Shown: positions 39,301 to 52,800 of the stretch, piece by piece
How the letters are laid out: each line of letters starts with the position of its first letter
Numbering within the stretch: position 1 is the first letter of the stretch
Source of the DNA: Tubiluchus corallicola
Taxonomy: Eukaryota; Animalia; Priapulida
DNA: 64,000 nt
Reading direction: 5' to 3'
NCBI GenBank assembly: GCA_030141605.1
Contig: JAQGDQ010002373.1
Span: forward strand, 219,921 to 283,920
The notes under the pieces: model-generated
Seen by the model: the letters and a program-made list of their open reading frames with translations, nothing else
What the model was told of the DNA's origin: nothing
The model's database searches: none
Position numbers and translations under genes: made by a program

Positions 39301-42300
39301 GAAAATTTTGTATATGTTTGCCAAGTTAGTCATTTCTAGAGGAAAGAAATTGCCATGTTTAGTAGTTTTCATACTGCTCTTAACTAAGATGTAGCGCACC
39401 AATAAAGCTAGAGTAGTCTGTATATGTCGTAAAATCTTTTAACTAGAGCAAACAATTTCCAAGTGCCATATATACTTATTGCGCCTTTTTTGATTTCTAA
39501 GATTACGTTAGAAATAAAACCCTTTTCTTCTTTTCAACAATTTTATGCAACTCGGGTAATCAAAATTTCTAACGAATTTCAGTACATGTAATTACACTGC
39601 CTGGAAGTTTGCAATTATTTAATAGATAGCAATGCATCATTGTTGTACACTTTGCCCTGCCTTAGACTGTAATATCAATAAGCAGTATTTTGAATACCGA
39701 ATACTGAAGCAACCATTTTATTATACTTCCAACATCTTACTCTGTAATGGAAGAAAGTTAGTTTATCCAGCTGTAAATAATTTAAATGTTCTTAATTGTT
39801 TTTAAAATGTCAGGTAAGTACACAATATATTTTGGTTTTATTAAGTTTAATTATGCATTTTTTAAATAAATGCATTTGTAAATAACTGAACAATGTTTGC
39901 ATAGTAGCTTTTGGGAATAATGAAATACATAAGTGTATATGCATACTAGAAAGAAAAATCTAATGATTTTTAAGAATGTATCACCAAAGTATTAACGTAC
40001 GTACGTACATACTCTTACCGCACACAAATTTTTTGTTGTCTCACTTTATTTACATGACTGAAGGTCCCTGAACTCATGTATATTAGTTGAGTTGTAATAA
40101 ACTTCTACATCATAATGCTCGTGTATTATCGTATTTAGCTTGATTCTGTTTTTTTCTGTTTTCACCTTTATACTATATTTGTTTTCAAGCAACAAAGGCT
40201 CAGCTTCATAAAGCCGTTACTAAGTCAACAACGTCTTACAATTGGTTTAGTGATTGTAATGACATTAATTTAGTGACTGTGTGAAACCGGCCCCCTGTCT
40301 TCTCCAGTGCTTTCTGAACCTGATTCTTCATACTCACATTGAACAATGTTTCTTTAGGCGAAAAAGTATCAGTTTTACAAATGCTTTTTACAAGATTGCT
40401 TTTCGAAACAGTTTTAAAATTTAGCCATCCGGAATGTTAACATATAGCAGTTTTTGGATATACGAAAAAATGCTTTACGTTTGGAATTGTTTATTCTACA
40501 TCCTATTAATTTGCAAAAAGGAAAACGTATACATACGAAACTGGATTAAGCCAAGATAAACTGCTGGGAACATTTACATAGACATAAGTGTGGTAACTCA
40601 AATTTTCAAAATATTTTGAAATGACAAATTTTCTCGTCATTCAAAATGTTCATTCATACTTCAAAATGTATATTGCATATGGGAAGCTGTAGTGAGCATT
40701 TATGATCTGTTTTATAGTAGTTTTTTGTGTGTGTGTCAGCCTCTGATTTCAAGCTTAATGCTGCAGTTAATGAGTAAAGTTGATGCTCAGGCAATTTACA
40801 CATACTACCAAAAAACTGACGCTAAGGCAACTCGACTATACTAGTAAAGAGTGACGCTAAAGCAATTCACACTTGCTACTAATCCTTAATGTTGTTATTC
40901 ACATTGATTGAGTTAAAAGTTGTAATTTCAAACTATTTTCTCATAGATGTGCAAGTAATGAATGCAGCTTCGTATTAAGTGAGATGCATTATATAATTTT
41001 GTTTATTACAGGTACAAGCCGAGTCTTGTACTGTGGAGAGATTCCTAAAGTCACCATCAGCTGCTCGACTGCTGGGTCTTGGAGATGATCGTGTGGAAAA
41101 GATCATCAATCACATTGGTGTAAGTTATTAAACACTGAGTACTTTGCAGTTGTACAATCAGGTCACTATGACTAGCAATTTTTAGTTATCTAATTTTTTA
41201 TGCAATATTTTATATGCAAATTCTGTAACAGAACAGACATTAGTTGATAATTGTGTGTTTTAATATATTCTGTGATCACTGCGTAAAATTTCATATCCTT
41301 ATTTCTTTCAAATAATGCAATTTGAAAACAATTCCGAATCTGCATAATTCATTAGTAACCTGAATTTCAGTGTAATTAATGAAAAATCACAAAGGTAAAA
41401 ATTTTGCTTGCAAATTTTCGATTTGCATTCAAATCATTGTCAATCTGTTTCCTGCTGCATGCTTTATGTGCAGCATCTATATAATAGTTCTGTGTAATTA
41501 GCATTCTCAATGGTGGGTATTGTGGACAAGTTAGAATTAACTATCAAGATATGTGTTTATAATTATATGCACTAAAGTTTTGAAGTTGAATCAAACTTAA
41601 AATTGTATATAGCACAGTCGTATATTAACAACTTCAAATATGCAAGCATATGTTTAATTTGTTTATTTGGATCTTAGACGTTTGTAAATTTAATTCAGAT
41701 TTGATCTGATGCTTATAGTTTATTATATGCATGCCATCTTTTAATTTTCTATTAGGTAGTAAACGGTGGATTATTACCTTCAAAGTTATTGCACAAGCTG
41801 ATGTTATTTATACAATTTTTTTAATTTTTTAAGTGTTCACAAAATGACTGTCTGAAAAGGTTTTACCTGTCAACTTCTAACATAATGCACATAAAAGTGA
41901 TGATGTCTTACAAAATAATGAAAAATACTAAAATATTACGTTCATTTAGTTATCATTTGTAAACCAATCAGTTTTCTGCAGTCGGGTTAATTCACATCGA
42001 CTTCACACTCAAATATACTCATATACATGGCTTTTTATAAATCTTTGTAATTCTCACTTTTTATTTGCAATCTTGCATAAATTTTCAAGTTATTAGTATT
42101 AGTAATGAAAGAGCTATGGAGTTAATGTAATTAGCGTTTTAGTGGTAAAGCAACTATGTAACTAGTTTAAAGTATATTTTTAAGTGAGAAAGAAACCTTA
42201 CATTCACAAGTACATTTATATATTTATTAAACAAGTATACAGGTAATTAATCAAATGCTAATTGGCTAACAGAATAAAACTTTTAAAGCCTTTCAGAAAG

Positions 42301-44477
42301 TAAATTCATCACTTACGAATTCCATTACCAATTACAAAATAATTACTCTATAGATAACAACAAAACTGAGCCGGTTATGTAACTTGTTGAAAACTGAGTG
42401 TGAGAAAGGGTGTGACAAATTGGTTATGATCTGTTCGATGTTGCTGTAGAACTATAAGAATAGAATGAACGATGATAAGGCTAATGAAAGAAAGACAAGC
42501 CTCAGTGTTGGGATGATGAGAACGCAAGAATCTATATAATTTGCTCTGTAAAGTAGAATTCGGAGAATGTAATAGATTCTGTAAATTTAATTTCATTAAT
42601 TAAAGCACCCACTGTATAGTTCGTACAACTATGTAATTAGTGCTGTAGGTAGTCTTTGCACTTTGTCTGCAGTAGTTTTCTCTCGGCACCTAACTCAGCA
42701 ATTTTTTCTGCTTCAGGAAAAACTTGACGAATCCGACACAGTTGTTTCAGTTTTTATGAAATTGTCTTCAACAGCTGGTGGGACAGATCCAAATGTTTAT
42801 CAAGCTGTCATTGATACCACAGGTCAGTGAACCTGTTTGATCATTTAAATACGTCTGTCTATTGTTACTCGTTGGATTAAATTAAGTTTTGCAGGTGGTG
42901 ACAGTTTGACTGTTGTTGTCCAGTAAATGGTAGTCAATCTTGTCTCGGTTACTGACTCCACGCACCCTGTACGGTATCTACTACACTGTTCTATCCTTTT
43001 GTTTCTCTCATCATTTATTCTTACTTATTAGAGTTTAAATTAGAAAGAAATCGTTTTTCATAACCAACAAAAATTTCTTCTCTTGTTACCAGGGTCTATG
43101 AAGTACTGATTACCTTATTTACAATGTATTTGTTAGGACTGAAAATATGAGAGCTCTCCTGAGACTTGTCATCTTTAACATAAAAAACGTAGTACCCTTT
43201 ACAGTCTCAATGATTATATATTTTTTCTATTTTGTATATTATATAAGAATGTAAAATCATTGAGGCTATAAAGGCATTACATTTTTTATGCTATTTGTTA
43301 GCTGTTTTTCTTTGTTTAAAATGGCTGCCTTGAGTTTTTTACAATGTGTTTATAATCTATTAACAGCTTTTCTGTTTTCAGATGTTCTGTTTAGCAAAGC
43401 GTTTCAAGAACAGGAACTAGATGGCTTGTTATTTTCGAACTCATTGTTAGTGCATCTGGGTTTAATAAAGGTACTGATTTAGTTTAATAATTTACGACTG
43501 TCATTTGTAATTCCTATGTTTATACTGAAGCTTTGTACATGGCTAATCATTATTTTCGTTTTTCTTAGTTTGATTCAAATGGAGAATTTAATGAATACGT
43601 CTTGCGTATCACAATATCATTCAGCAAATCACAATATTGTCGTCAAAACTCAAAACTGTTATACTTTTCATTTATTTATTATTTATTAAATACATCCACA
43701 ACAATCATTACAGCATAGCACTTCCAAAGAATTTAATAACATATTTATTATATACCCATGATGCCAAGCTGCAAATAACCCGTGGTCTACTCAAGAAGTA
43801 AATACTTGTTGACAGCATCCCAAATGAATGTGTAATGGCTCTCAGAATTCTTGTGGTGAAGTCAACCAATTTAAGTAATTATTAGAAGAGATAGAGCTGT
43901 ACCATTTCTTTTTGCAGAGCGAGGATAAAAATTTTCAACCAGTTGTCAATCTACAAGGAACACTAACAGTTCTGCAACACGTCGTTAAGCAACCATATTA
44001 TCCAAAGACAAGCAGAGAAATTCTTCAAACATTTCTGGGAAGGTAGGCAGTCTTGTTGGTTTTAGTGATACAGTCTAACATCATAATGAATGCTAATAGA
44101 AGTCCACCAGTAGTAGCGTCAGCACAATGGAATTATTTGCAAGGAGCTGCTCTGTGTCAAAAACTAATGTCACTTTATAAGCAAAATTGAGTAAGAAAAT
44201 ATAGAGTATATTTTTTAGTAAATTAAGGCTCATTTTTTTCTTAAACTGTAGTGAACTTGAATGCATAAACTCAAAGTTGCTTACTCGCTGAAGCATAGCA
44301 TGGGGTTGTGAAGCTAGCACATACCACCAAATGCCATACTTATATTAATACTATAGTTATATTACCACCGTACCACACTTATATTAATTATGTTGCGGTT
44401 TTTGCAGGCCTTCAAAAACTCTTGATGCATTCACAAAACAACGTCACAGCTTGATAGAGACACTGTATCAATACTGA
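33371..44477 (+). CDS. RANGAP1: Ran GTPase-activating protein 1, long isoform, 13 coding exons, about 577 aa
   Basis: Exons 33371-33497, 33599-33786, 35464-35643, 36116-36250, 36508-36666, 36874-37087, 37856-37940, 38634-38781, 41012-41119, 42717-42822, 43382-43470, 43918-44042, 44408-44477; 1734 nt open. Motifs [40 protein letters not shown], acidic tract, HLGLIKSEDK (SUMO consensus). Confidence 0.96.
33817..34166. repeat. Tandem duplication of about 175-185 bp in a RanGAP1 intron
   Basis: (CAT)n..TTTTTACAGCTATTAG..AAAGATGTGTAAGTC occurs twice. Confidence 0.85.
34330..35320. mobile_element. Tc1/pogo-like MITE
   Basis: TA flanks; TIR CGTCGAATCCCGTTAATACGATT...AATCATATTACTGGGATTCGACCG. Confidence 0.6.
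35709..35910. mobile_element. 200-bp MITE
   Basis: Perfect inverted ends TACCTATTAAAATTAAGACA...TGTCTTAATTTTAATAGGTA. Confidence 0.7.
37171..37393. mobile_element. hAT-like MITE
   Basis: CAGGACTGTGGAGT...ACTCCACAGCCCTG with internal (A/G)ACTC repeats; no clean TSD. Confidence 0.55.
38335..38421. repeat. Perfect AT-rich inverted repeat, 38-bp arms, 11-nt spacer
   Basis: 38335-38372 is the exact reverse complement of 38384-38421. Confidence 0.9.
39079..39132 (+). CDS. RANGAP1: Alternative terminal exon of RanGAP1 (short isoform, about 429 aa)
   Basis: Strong acceptor TTTTCATCTTTTCCAG; phase 0 matches the 38781 donor; encodes [17 protein letters not shown]; AATAAA at 39401. Confidence 0.65.
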   Translation, partial: VISHEDPLTASLEKLKI

Positions 44478-45131
44478 CTTCACAAGCTTCTGCACCTTCA
44501 ATTTATCTTTGCAAGCCGATGCAAGTTAAACTTACAGCAGAAAACGTCTCAAGTGAGCCAACATAAACAGTGCGATTTCTCCTTCCAGGATTTTAAAAGT
44601 GCAAATGTGAACAACTCATCTCTAAATGTAAAGGGCTTAGCTGCTTAAAACTTTATGCTTTGGTGAGACTCAAGTGTGGTGTTGCCGGTGTTGTACATTT
44701 TTGGTGAAAATACAAGTGTTCTGGAGGCACAAAGCGTACAATATGATATGAAATAACACTATCATGACCAGCGTCTAATGATTTATAATGAAATGTCATT
44801 CACATGTGGCATTACCTTGCAACTTTATTCCTCTACAGAAGAAGCATCCTAAGTAAGGCATAGTTACATTCCAGTTTTGCTGCAAAGTGTGAAATCCACC
44901 AACAAAAAAGCAGTAAGCTTATTGTTGTACTGTACTTAACTATACACATACACAAGCTTCTAAGTTGAAGCCATCTTAAAATTACCTTCTCGCAGGCCGA
45001 ATGTAATAGTGATGCATAACTTGTGATAAAATTCTGTCATTAATGAAATTTCCTATCTTTATTGGAAGGGTGAAATTCATTTTATTGATCTTTTGTCATA
45101 ATAATAAATTCTAAGCTTCGTAATAACATAC

Positions 45132-45311
45132 TAAAGTGGCATTTATCAGACATCCAGGATGCATATGCGTTATCCACTTGCGGAACTGTTATGTACATAA
45201 AAATTTATAGGAAACAGCTGCAGAAAAAATAATGCATAACGCAAGTCTGATAAACGGAGCATATTCTGCATAATGCAGCCGCATTCCGGATGTCTAGTAA
45301 ACGTCACTTAA
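45132..45311. mobile_element. 180-bp MITE between the RanGAP1 and PRPF3 3' ends
   Basis: Imperfect TIR AAGTGGCATTTATCAGACATCC...GGATGTCTAGTAAACGTCACTT. Confidence 0.6.
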
Positions 45312-46800
45312 GCTGGTTGACAAGTCCTGGATCTGGGTACTCTGCTTCTGTAATTAGAATGTCTGGGATAAATACAAAATTAAGAATCAGTGGGGAGGGA
45401 GAAGGAGCAGAAACAGAGAAAGAGAGCATAAGGGAAAAGAAACAGGGGGAAGCAAATAATTAAAAAAAAGATAAGGGAGAATAAGGAATCTACGAGTGAA
45501 GAGACTGTGTCACCTCTGAGTTCTTAAAGCCAACTCTGTATCCAAGACGAAGTTTTGTTAGTAAGACATGCGGAAAATTGAAAACAGTAAATTTGAATTT
45601 GTCTTATGGTTTTATACTAGTTGCTCATAGCAAAAAGTCTGTCTGTCTGCAACAAACTGTCTCACACAAAATTTACAAATGCACCGCAACAACCTATTGT
45701 ACTAAAATCCCACACAATGGCAGGATGAGTGTGGGACAGAGTGTGAGCACATTTAAGCAAAATCTAAGTGTGTGACAAAGTTGGTAAATCAAGTTACAGA
45801 CAAACTTTGCAGCATGTGCACCAAGTATTAGTATTTGATGCGTTATGTTGCCGATGCATTTAAAAATGTACATGTGAAATGGATTTCACTCAGTAGTGTG
45901 ATGGCTGTAAAAGGAAAGCAACTTTATCTGAAAACATGAGCACAGCGAAAAACATGAACTAGGAGCAATTAATTTTAAAAAGACATTTTATTGTAACAAC
46001 AAATTTTTGTCTTAGTATATATGATTCTTTGCAAAATCCTCATGACAATCTAATTGGCAAATTATTATTACTTTAAAACTTTGCAATATAACTTTGCTTG
46101 TGAAATTTAGTGGGAAATGTCCAGATGTTTGGAAATAATTTAAGGTTGTCACAAGGCATGTACGGTTATAATTTAGCATTTAAATTTCAGTCAATAACAA
46201 AGCTTGAAATGCTGCTGGCAAAAAATCAGTTTACTTGGTTTTTGCATTGCCTGATATCTGATTACTTTGCCCAATGGGACAGGACGCAAGAACAGTATGA
46301 AATTATCATTAGTTGTCCTACCCTACTATGTAAAACGTATGTTCGCTAACGGCAGATGCTAATTGAATCATGCATCATTCACTTAAATTGTTTGGCTAAT
46401 TAAAGCAAAACAGAACGTGTTTGTCCTTTTGTTGCATGAATTCTGGCAAACACTGAAGCAACCGAATGCACAAAAATCATTCTCCATTTACAGTATGTGC
46501 AAATACATGCACATCAGGTCCTTTAACAATTTACATATTGCCACTGGAAGAAGCCAGTGAAACGCATCCATTCACAAAAGACACTAGAAAACATTTATTC
46601 AGAGTTGAAGCTGCATCAGCAATTTTGTAAGAAATACGTACACAGGTAACTTTGAATTAACGAGCTTTTCCACTTTCCTACACCTTTCGTCCTTTCCTGG
46701 AGTTTTTCTCATATAATAAGTGCATGTCACTGTAGGCAGAACACTTAGGCAGCACAAGCCTTGCCATATAATTAAGCTATTGACACATTTCTACCACGTT

Positions 46801-49800
46801 TTACTCCACCTCTGTCTTTTCTACAATTGACTGTGTATACGCTAAATCCCAGTAGTGTTCAACATTGTGCTTGCGAAAATGCTCACGAGCGAAAGCTTCA
46901 GTGGGGCACAGCTTAAATTTCATCTCACCAAAGTTTCTTTCTTTCACCATGCCTTCCCAGACTAACACACAACTATTCGTAGATGAAACCTCTTTACTAT
47001 CAAATGCCGAATCTTTTCGTTTCTTCTCGTCTAATTTCGTATCTTCTGCCCACTTGATTCTGTGCAACATTAATCGTCGGTATTTTTTCTGTTGCCTTGG
47101 CCCTCCTTCGACAACGATGACATTGCAGTCCCGATAAAACACTACAGTGCCTGTCATAAGCAACTGTTTGCAGTTCGTTTCCACCTTGAACTTTTTCGAG
47201 GGGTTTGAGAGATCCTTCACACGGTAAACGGAAATGTGCACACCTTTGGATGTATCCTCTTTGATTTTCTTGATCTTTTTGTCACGCACTTGTTCTTTAG
47301 TAAGCTTCCTAGCTGCATTGGCCTCTTCATGTGCTTTCTGCCGTTTTGCCATTTGTGCTCGCACGTGAGCTTCGATCTTTGTAGGATCTTGTACCTGTAC
47401 CAGCAAAAAACTCATGTCATGTTACTATATTTAATCACTTATTTGACACTCCAAAAACTCATCTTTTAGATCCCTGACAGCTATGCTAATTATTATGTCA
47501 GTGATTGGGTTCCTACTGCAGAAATTTACTAGACATAATATAGACTAGTAAACATCTAAATACACTAAAAGAATACAACACCAATTAAAACTGAACATCT
47601 TGCAAGCATGACTGTTCACACAGAACTGTAAATACTAAAATTGCGAATTAATGTAATAGTCGTAACATCATATTTCGCACCTGTTCAGTTCCGAGAACAC
47701 GCATCAAATTCGACATGCGCACTTTAGGTTCCGGAGGAGGTTCTAGTCCCAGGCGGATCTTCTCTTGCTTCTCCTTCCACGTTTCTCGTCGGTTCATCCG
47801 CCGCAATTTCCTCCTTTCCTTCTTTGTGAGCATTACAGGTATGGCAGCTGCATCTGTGGAGCCTGGCAGCTAAATATGTAAGGACACTTGTATGTTGTAT
47901 TTTTAAGCAGTGAAGCTAGATTTATCTCTACCACTTCTCTTCATGATAGAATTTAATATTAATGATTCTCTCCTTTTGCTTATTAATTTCTTGTAAGACG
48001 AAACAAATATCCCTAATTATGATAACAACAACTATAACATTAGATCAAGTGCAGTTCTCCTTTTACTAATTACAGTCAAACCTCGTTATAACGCCAGGTC
48101 TGGGACACCACTAAATATGGCGCTATAGTGGTGTTGGCGGTAAGCTGAGGTTCATTAAATATCAAAGCCGTTCTAGTCTGTAACCTCTATTTTGTTTCCT
48201 AGTTAACTTTAATATGTCATAAATAGTAAATTATTATTACGCTACAATAATACATGTATAATACTGTACATTTTTGCTATTCAGTACACATTTGTACTGT
48301 GCATCAACAAAATTAATGCAGGTAATAGTCCTAGGGCCGTGTGATGCAAAACTTTTAGGTAACACAATGTGGAGTAGAGTCTTGTGAAATACTGCTGTCT
48401 CCTGATAAGAGGAATATGCAGCCACGCAGCCCATCCAAGCTCCCAACGTAACATTACTAGATAATTAATACTATATATAGCTGTCGCATATAACTTTACC
48501 TTGAGTCAAATAGCTTTTACAGCCGTAAAATCCCTGTGCTTTATCTTGGCTGGAGTCATAACAGAATAAATTTATTATGTAAAACAGACTTTTGGCACAG
48601 CAGATATGGCGGTAGGCGAGGTTGGCGGTATTCCTTATATTTAATATATTATGGAAAGTGGGACAGGGCAATACAGTAGTTGCCGCTTAATAGACTCAGT
48701 CGCTTAATTGACTCAAAAATACCTGGAACCGGCTGCTTCTATTCAAATATGCATAAAAACTATCGGTAATTGACTTAAATAACTTCGCTTAATTGACTCA
48801 CTATTTTTCCTTCACGTACTTAAAATAAGACACATGTATGTCCCCAAACAGCCTTTCCTACTTTTATGTCATCTTTACTTCCCTTTTGTTTGGAAACATG
48901 TACGTTTATCATGCCTCTAATACACTTAGCGTAGTGGTTTTGCTTTGAATCTGTTACCCGCTCGCCCGCTGCAATTAACCTCGTTACCCAAAGAATTTCT
49001 GGAAGCTAAACATTTAATCACTTGCTTAGCGGTTTTCTTTTGATGCTCTAGTTGCAAATCACGCTTTCAGGCTTAATGAGTTAATAGTCAAATATGCAGG
49101 TACGGTACATTTACTGGCTATGTCATGTAGCAATGCAAGTGAGCAGACGATTCGGAACTGTTTTAGTCATGCCCAATTCAGACTTGTGTGATTTAGAAAA
49201 GTATAGTTTTTAATTTATTGTTAATTCACTTATATAAATTAATATTTTAAAATATTTTTTCTAATTTTTAACTGCACAAAGGAATTTAGGCGTTACTTCG
49301 TTTCTAAAATTGATTAAAAGCTTTTGCAGTGCATAGCTGATGACTCATACTTCTATAGCAGTAATACTACACCCATCGGTAAATAGGTTCAATCGGTTAA
49401 TTGGGTCAAAACATGTCGGTCCAAAAGTGAGTCAATTAAGCGGCGACTACTGTAGTTGGCATTATGGCAAGGCTGGTGTTATAATGGGGGGCGGGCGGCA
49501 GTATAACTAGGTTTGACTGTATTATCTGAACGTTTTCAGGATATACAAAAAAAGCGTTTGTAGTATAAAATTAATAACTACATTTGTGACAGAGACACAA
49601 ATTTCACTCAATTACTAAAAATATGTACTGTACTGGGTATACTGTACCTGCAAACGATCTGTACAAGTTGTAAGTTTTGTAGCCGTAATGGTACAAAGTT
49701 TATTGATTATCTGATAAATAATCAAACATTTAACCGACTATCTTGTATTCAATAAATAAATAAATGCGAAAAAATCACACAAATTTTTAATAAAGCAGAA

Positions 49801-52800
49801 ACAGAAAAAAATATATGCATTACCATTTCCTCAGCTGTGGGAGGTTTCATCTGAATTGGGTGCTCAACGAGATTCGTAATGCCTTCAAATTCATCCTGAC
49901 CCTCCAGCCTCTTATCCAAGCTTTCGTAAGCCTCATTCTGGAGTATCACAGCGTCCCACCATTCTACGTCTGGAATCTCATCAGCTAGCAGCTCTTTCTT
50001 CGGGGCAATCTTCGTCAAGACCGTAGCAGATTGGATTCCAGTCTTCTTGGCAACCTGTACAGTGAGTTTTATGAGCAACATTATGAACTATTCTTTACAC
50101 CGTGCAGCAGATAGCACAAAAATCAATTTGCTAAAAAAGTACAAATAGGCTGTATACCATAAACTTAACACCTGTTGCAATATCTATTTTAATGGGATAA
50201 ATCTTTAAGTTAGCTTTTTCCAAATGTAGCCATTTTGTGCCATTCAGTAGAATTATGATGTCAGAACTGGAGCCCTATCAATCATCCAGAAATGTTTTCT
50301 CTAGGCTAGGTACATAATACTTTACAATGTATTTTGAAATGACAGGATCTTGGGCTTTTTACTGATGATGCCATCATCAATAAGCTTGAAATTATGACCC
50401 CTGTTACCTATTAAAGTTTTATTCTGTCGGCTAAGTTCTTTCGGCTAAATAATGAACTAAAAATGAACCTTAAAATCCATAATTTCTTGTTCAAATGCGG
50501 TGGAAGGTTAAAATTTCCAAAAACCAAGTCAATAACTAAAGAATGCTAAGTTACAATCTGTTCATAGCAGCAAAACATCTGGTTCTTTTTAAATATACTT
50601 CCAATGAAGTGGAAATGTAAAACAAATGCAAAAAACTTCAGAGCTTGTCAACTCCCAGTTATATTAGTTAAGATTTCGTAGTTATTCTACAGATTTAGCA
50701 GGAATTGAAAATTGAAAAGTAACAGGTGTACAATCCACTAGGTAAAACTGTACTTTGTACCTGTGCAATTTCCTTCTGTAACTTTTCCAACTGCGCTTTT
50801 GTCTTGAGTCGTTGTTCCATCTGTACATATCGACCGTGTTCGACAAAGTGGAACTTCCTTCTAGTTCTTTGCGACATCTTCGCTGGCATGCGCGGATCAA
50901 AGAATTTACTAGCTTCTGAAAGCTCTTCTGGAAGCTTCTCCTGGAGGACCATTTTAAATTCTTCCCTTCGTTTCGCGCGAATGTTTGCTTTCAGGGTTGG
51001 AGTATACTGAGGTATCTGTAAAAAGGAAAAAAACCTGTCACTACAACCTCAATTCACTTTCATATTGTTTGATAATCTTGTACTCGCAAAAATGTTAGTT
51101 ATAACGGGGTTAACAGTCACTAGACTTTTTTGGTATTTGGATATTAAGTTTGAAACACCGTATATTATAATATATTAAAATATTGTATTATAGTTTTTTG
51201 AGAAATAACTCGAATATTGCTGTACCTGCATTAAAGCAGCTGCTATTAACAGTTGTAATTTTAGGACAAAAGACGCTGCATTAAATATAATGCAAACAAA
51301 TAATACATCTGGTAAGTTAAACTTGAAAATTTCGCAATTTTACCCAAAAATGTTTATATAGGTTTAGAAATCCGCATACAAAAAAGATAAGAAACACTGA
51401 ATTTACAAGTTTAACATTTTTAGGCTCATTCACCATTCAAGTTTTTTGAAATGAGCAATATTGCATAAGTAAAATATAATCAGCAAGGGAGCCAAAAAAA
51501 ATTCAAAAGGGAGGAGACAGAGAGACCATCTTGTGAGAGAAAGGGAGGGAGAAGGAGCAAGCATTACAAGTAAACTGTAAGAGACAATTTTATCTGACTT
51601 CCTAAGACAAAACATGAATAAAATAATGCAAACATACATGTATAGCTTTGCCCGAAGAATCCACTGTGCGACCTTCATCATCAAGAATCAGTGGTGTTGG
51701 TCCTTTTGACGGATCCAGAACGGCTTTCGCTGCTTCGGCACCTGAGAGTGTTACTAAGAGATTTGGCTTTGCTGTAAGATGTGCCTAAAATACGGTTAAC
51801 AAAATACGAGTAAAAAATAGCATCAAATTAATTTGACAGTATCAATGGATTTCCCTAACAGTGCCCCAATTTTTATTGTACTAGATAGAATCACAATTGG
51901 TTTATACAGTAAGAGCCGCTTAATAGACTCACTTTGGGATGGAAGAGTTCTGTGCCAATTAAACGACTGAGTCTATTGTCCGATAGCTATAGTATTGTTA
52001 GTATAGAAATACAAGCCATCACTCCTCAGCTTAGAATGCGCTGCAAAGGCTGAGAGAGCTTTAAATTTTATGCTCCATTTTTCAAAATTAACTCTATGCT
52101 CTTAGCTGATCTATGACGTTTACGCTTAAAAAGTCGCAAAGAATACATCGGTGACATAACAGCAACAGTTAACTAATTAAGATTTCATGAAAAGCAGCAA
52201 GAACTTCAAAGGGAAACCACTAGACATGTGATTAAAAGTTTACGTTCCACAAATTCTTGGACAAGGAGGTTAAATGCAGCAGACGAATGGGTGACAGGTT
52301 CAAAGCAAAACTGTTACACTAGCATTTCAACACATGATAAACGTACTTTACACGTACTTCTAAGTGCATCATAGTACACAAAAATAAGGAACAGTTGCTA
52401 CTTTTATACCACAATAAGTGGCATTAAAAGTAGTAAAAGCTCTTTGGTCACATGCAAGTATCTTATTTTAAGTACGTAAAGCAAAAATATTGAGCCAGTT
52501 AAGCGGAGCTATATGAGTTACTTGCCGACTGTTTTTATGTACATTTGAGTGGAAGCGGCCCGTACTAGACATTTTTGTGTCAATTAAGCGACTGATTCTA
52601 TTAACTGTGAGTCTAGTAAATGGCTCCTACTGTATAACTAAATCGCATGCTGCAAGAAATCTCAAATGGTAAGCTAAGTTATGCTCTTTTGGGTTATGAA
52701 AATCACTCTGATATCTCATGTAAGCTTCTAGTTAGCTGCTGGGAAAACAGAAGGTCTCTGATTCTAATACCAATGGAGGTGCTAGATTTTTCAATGTCAA

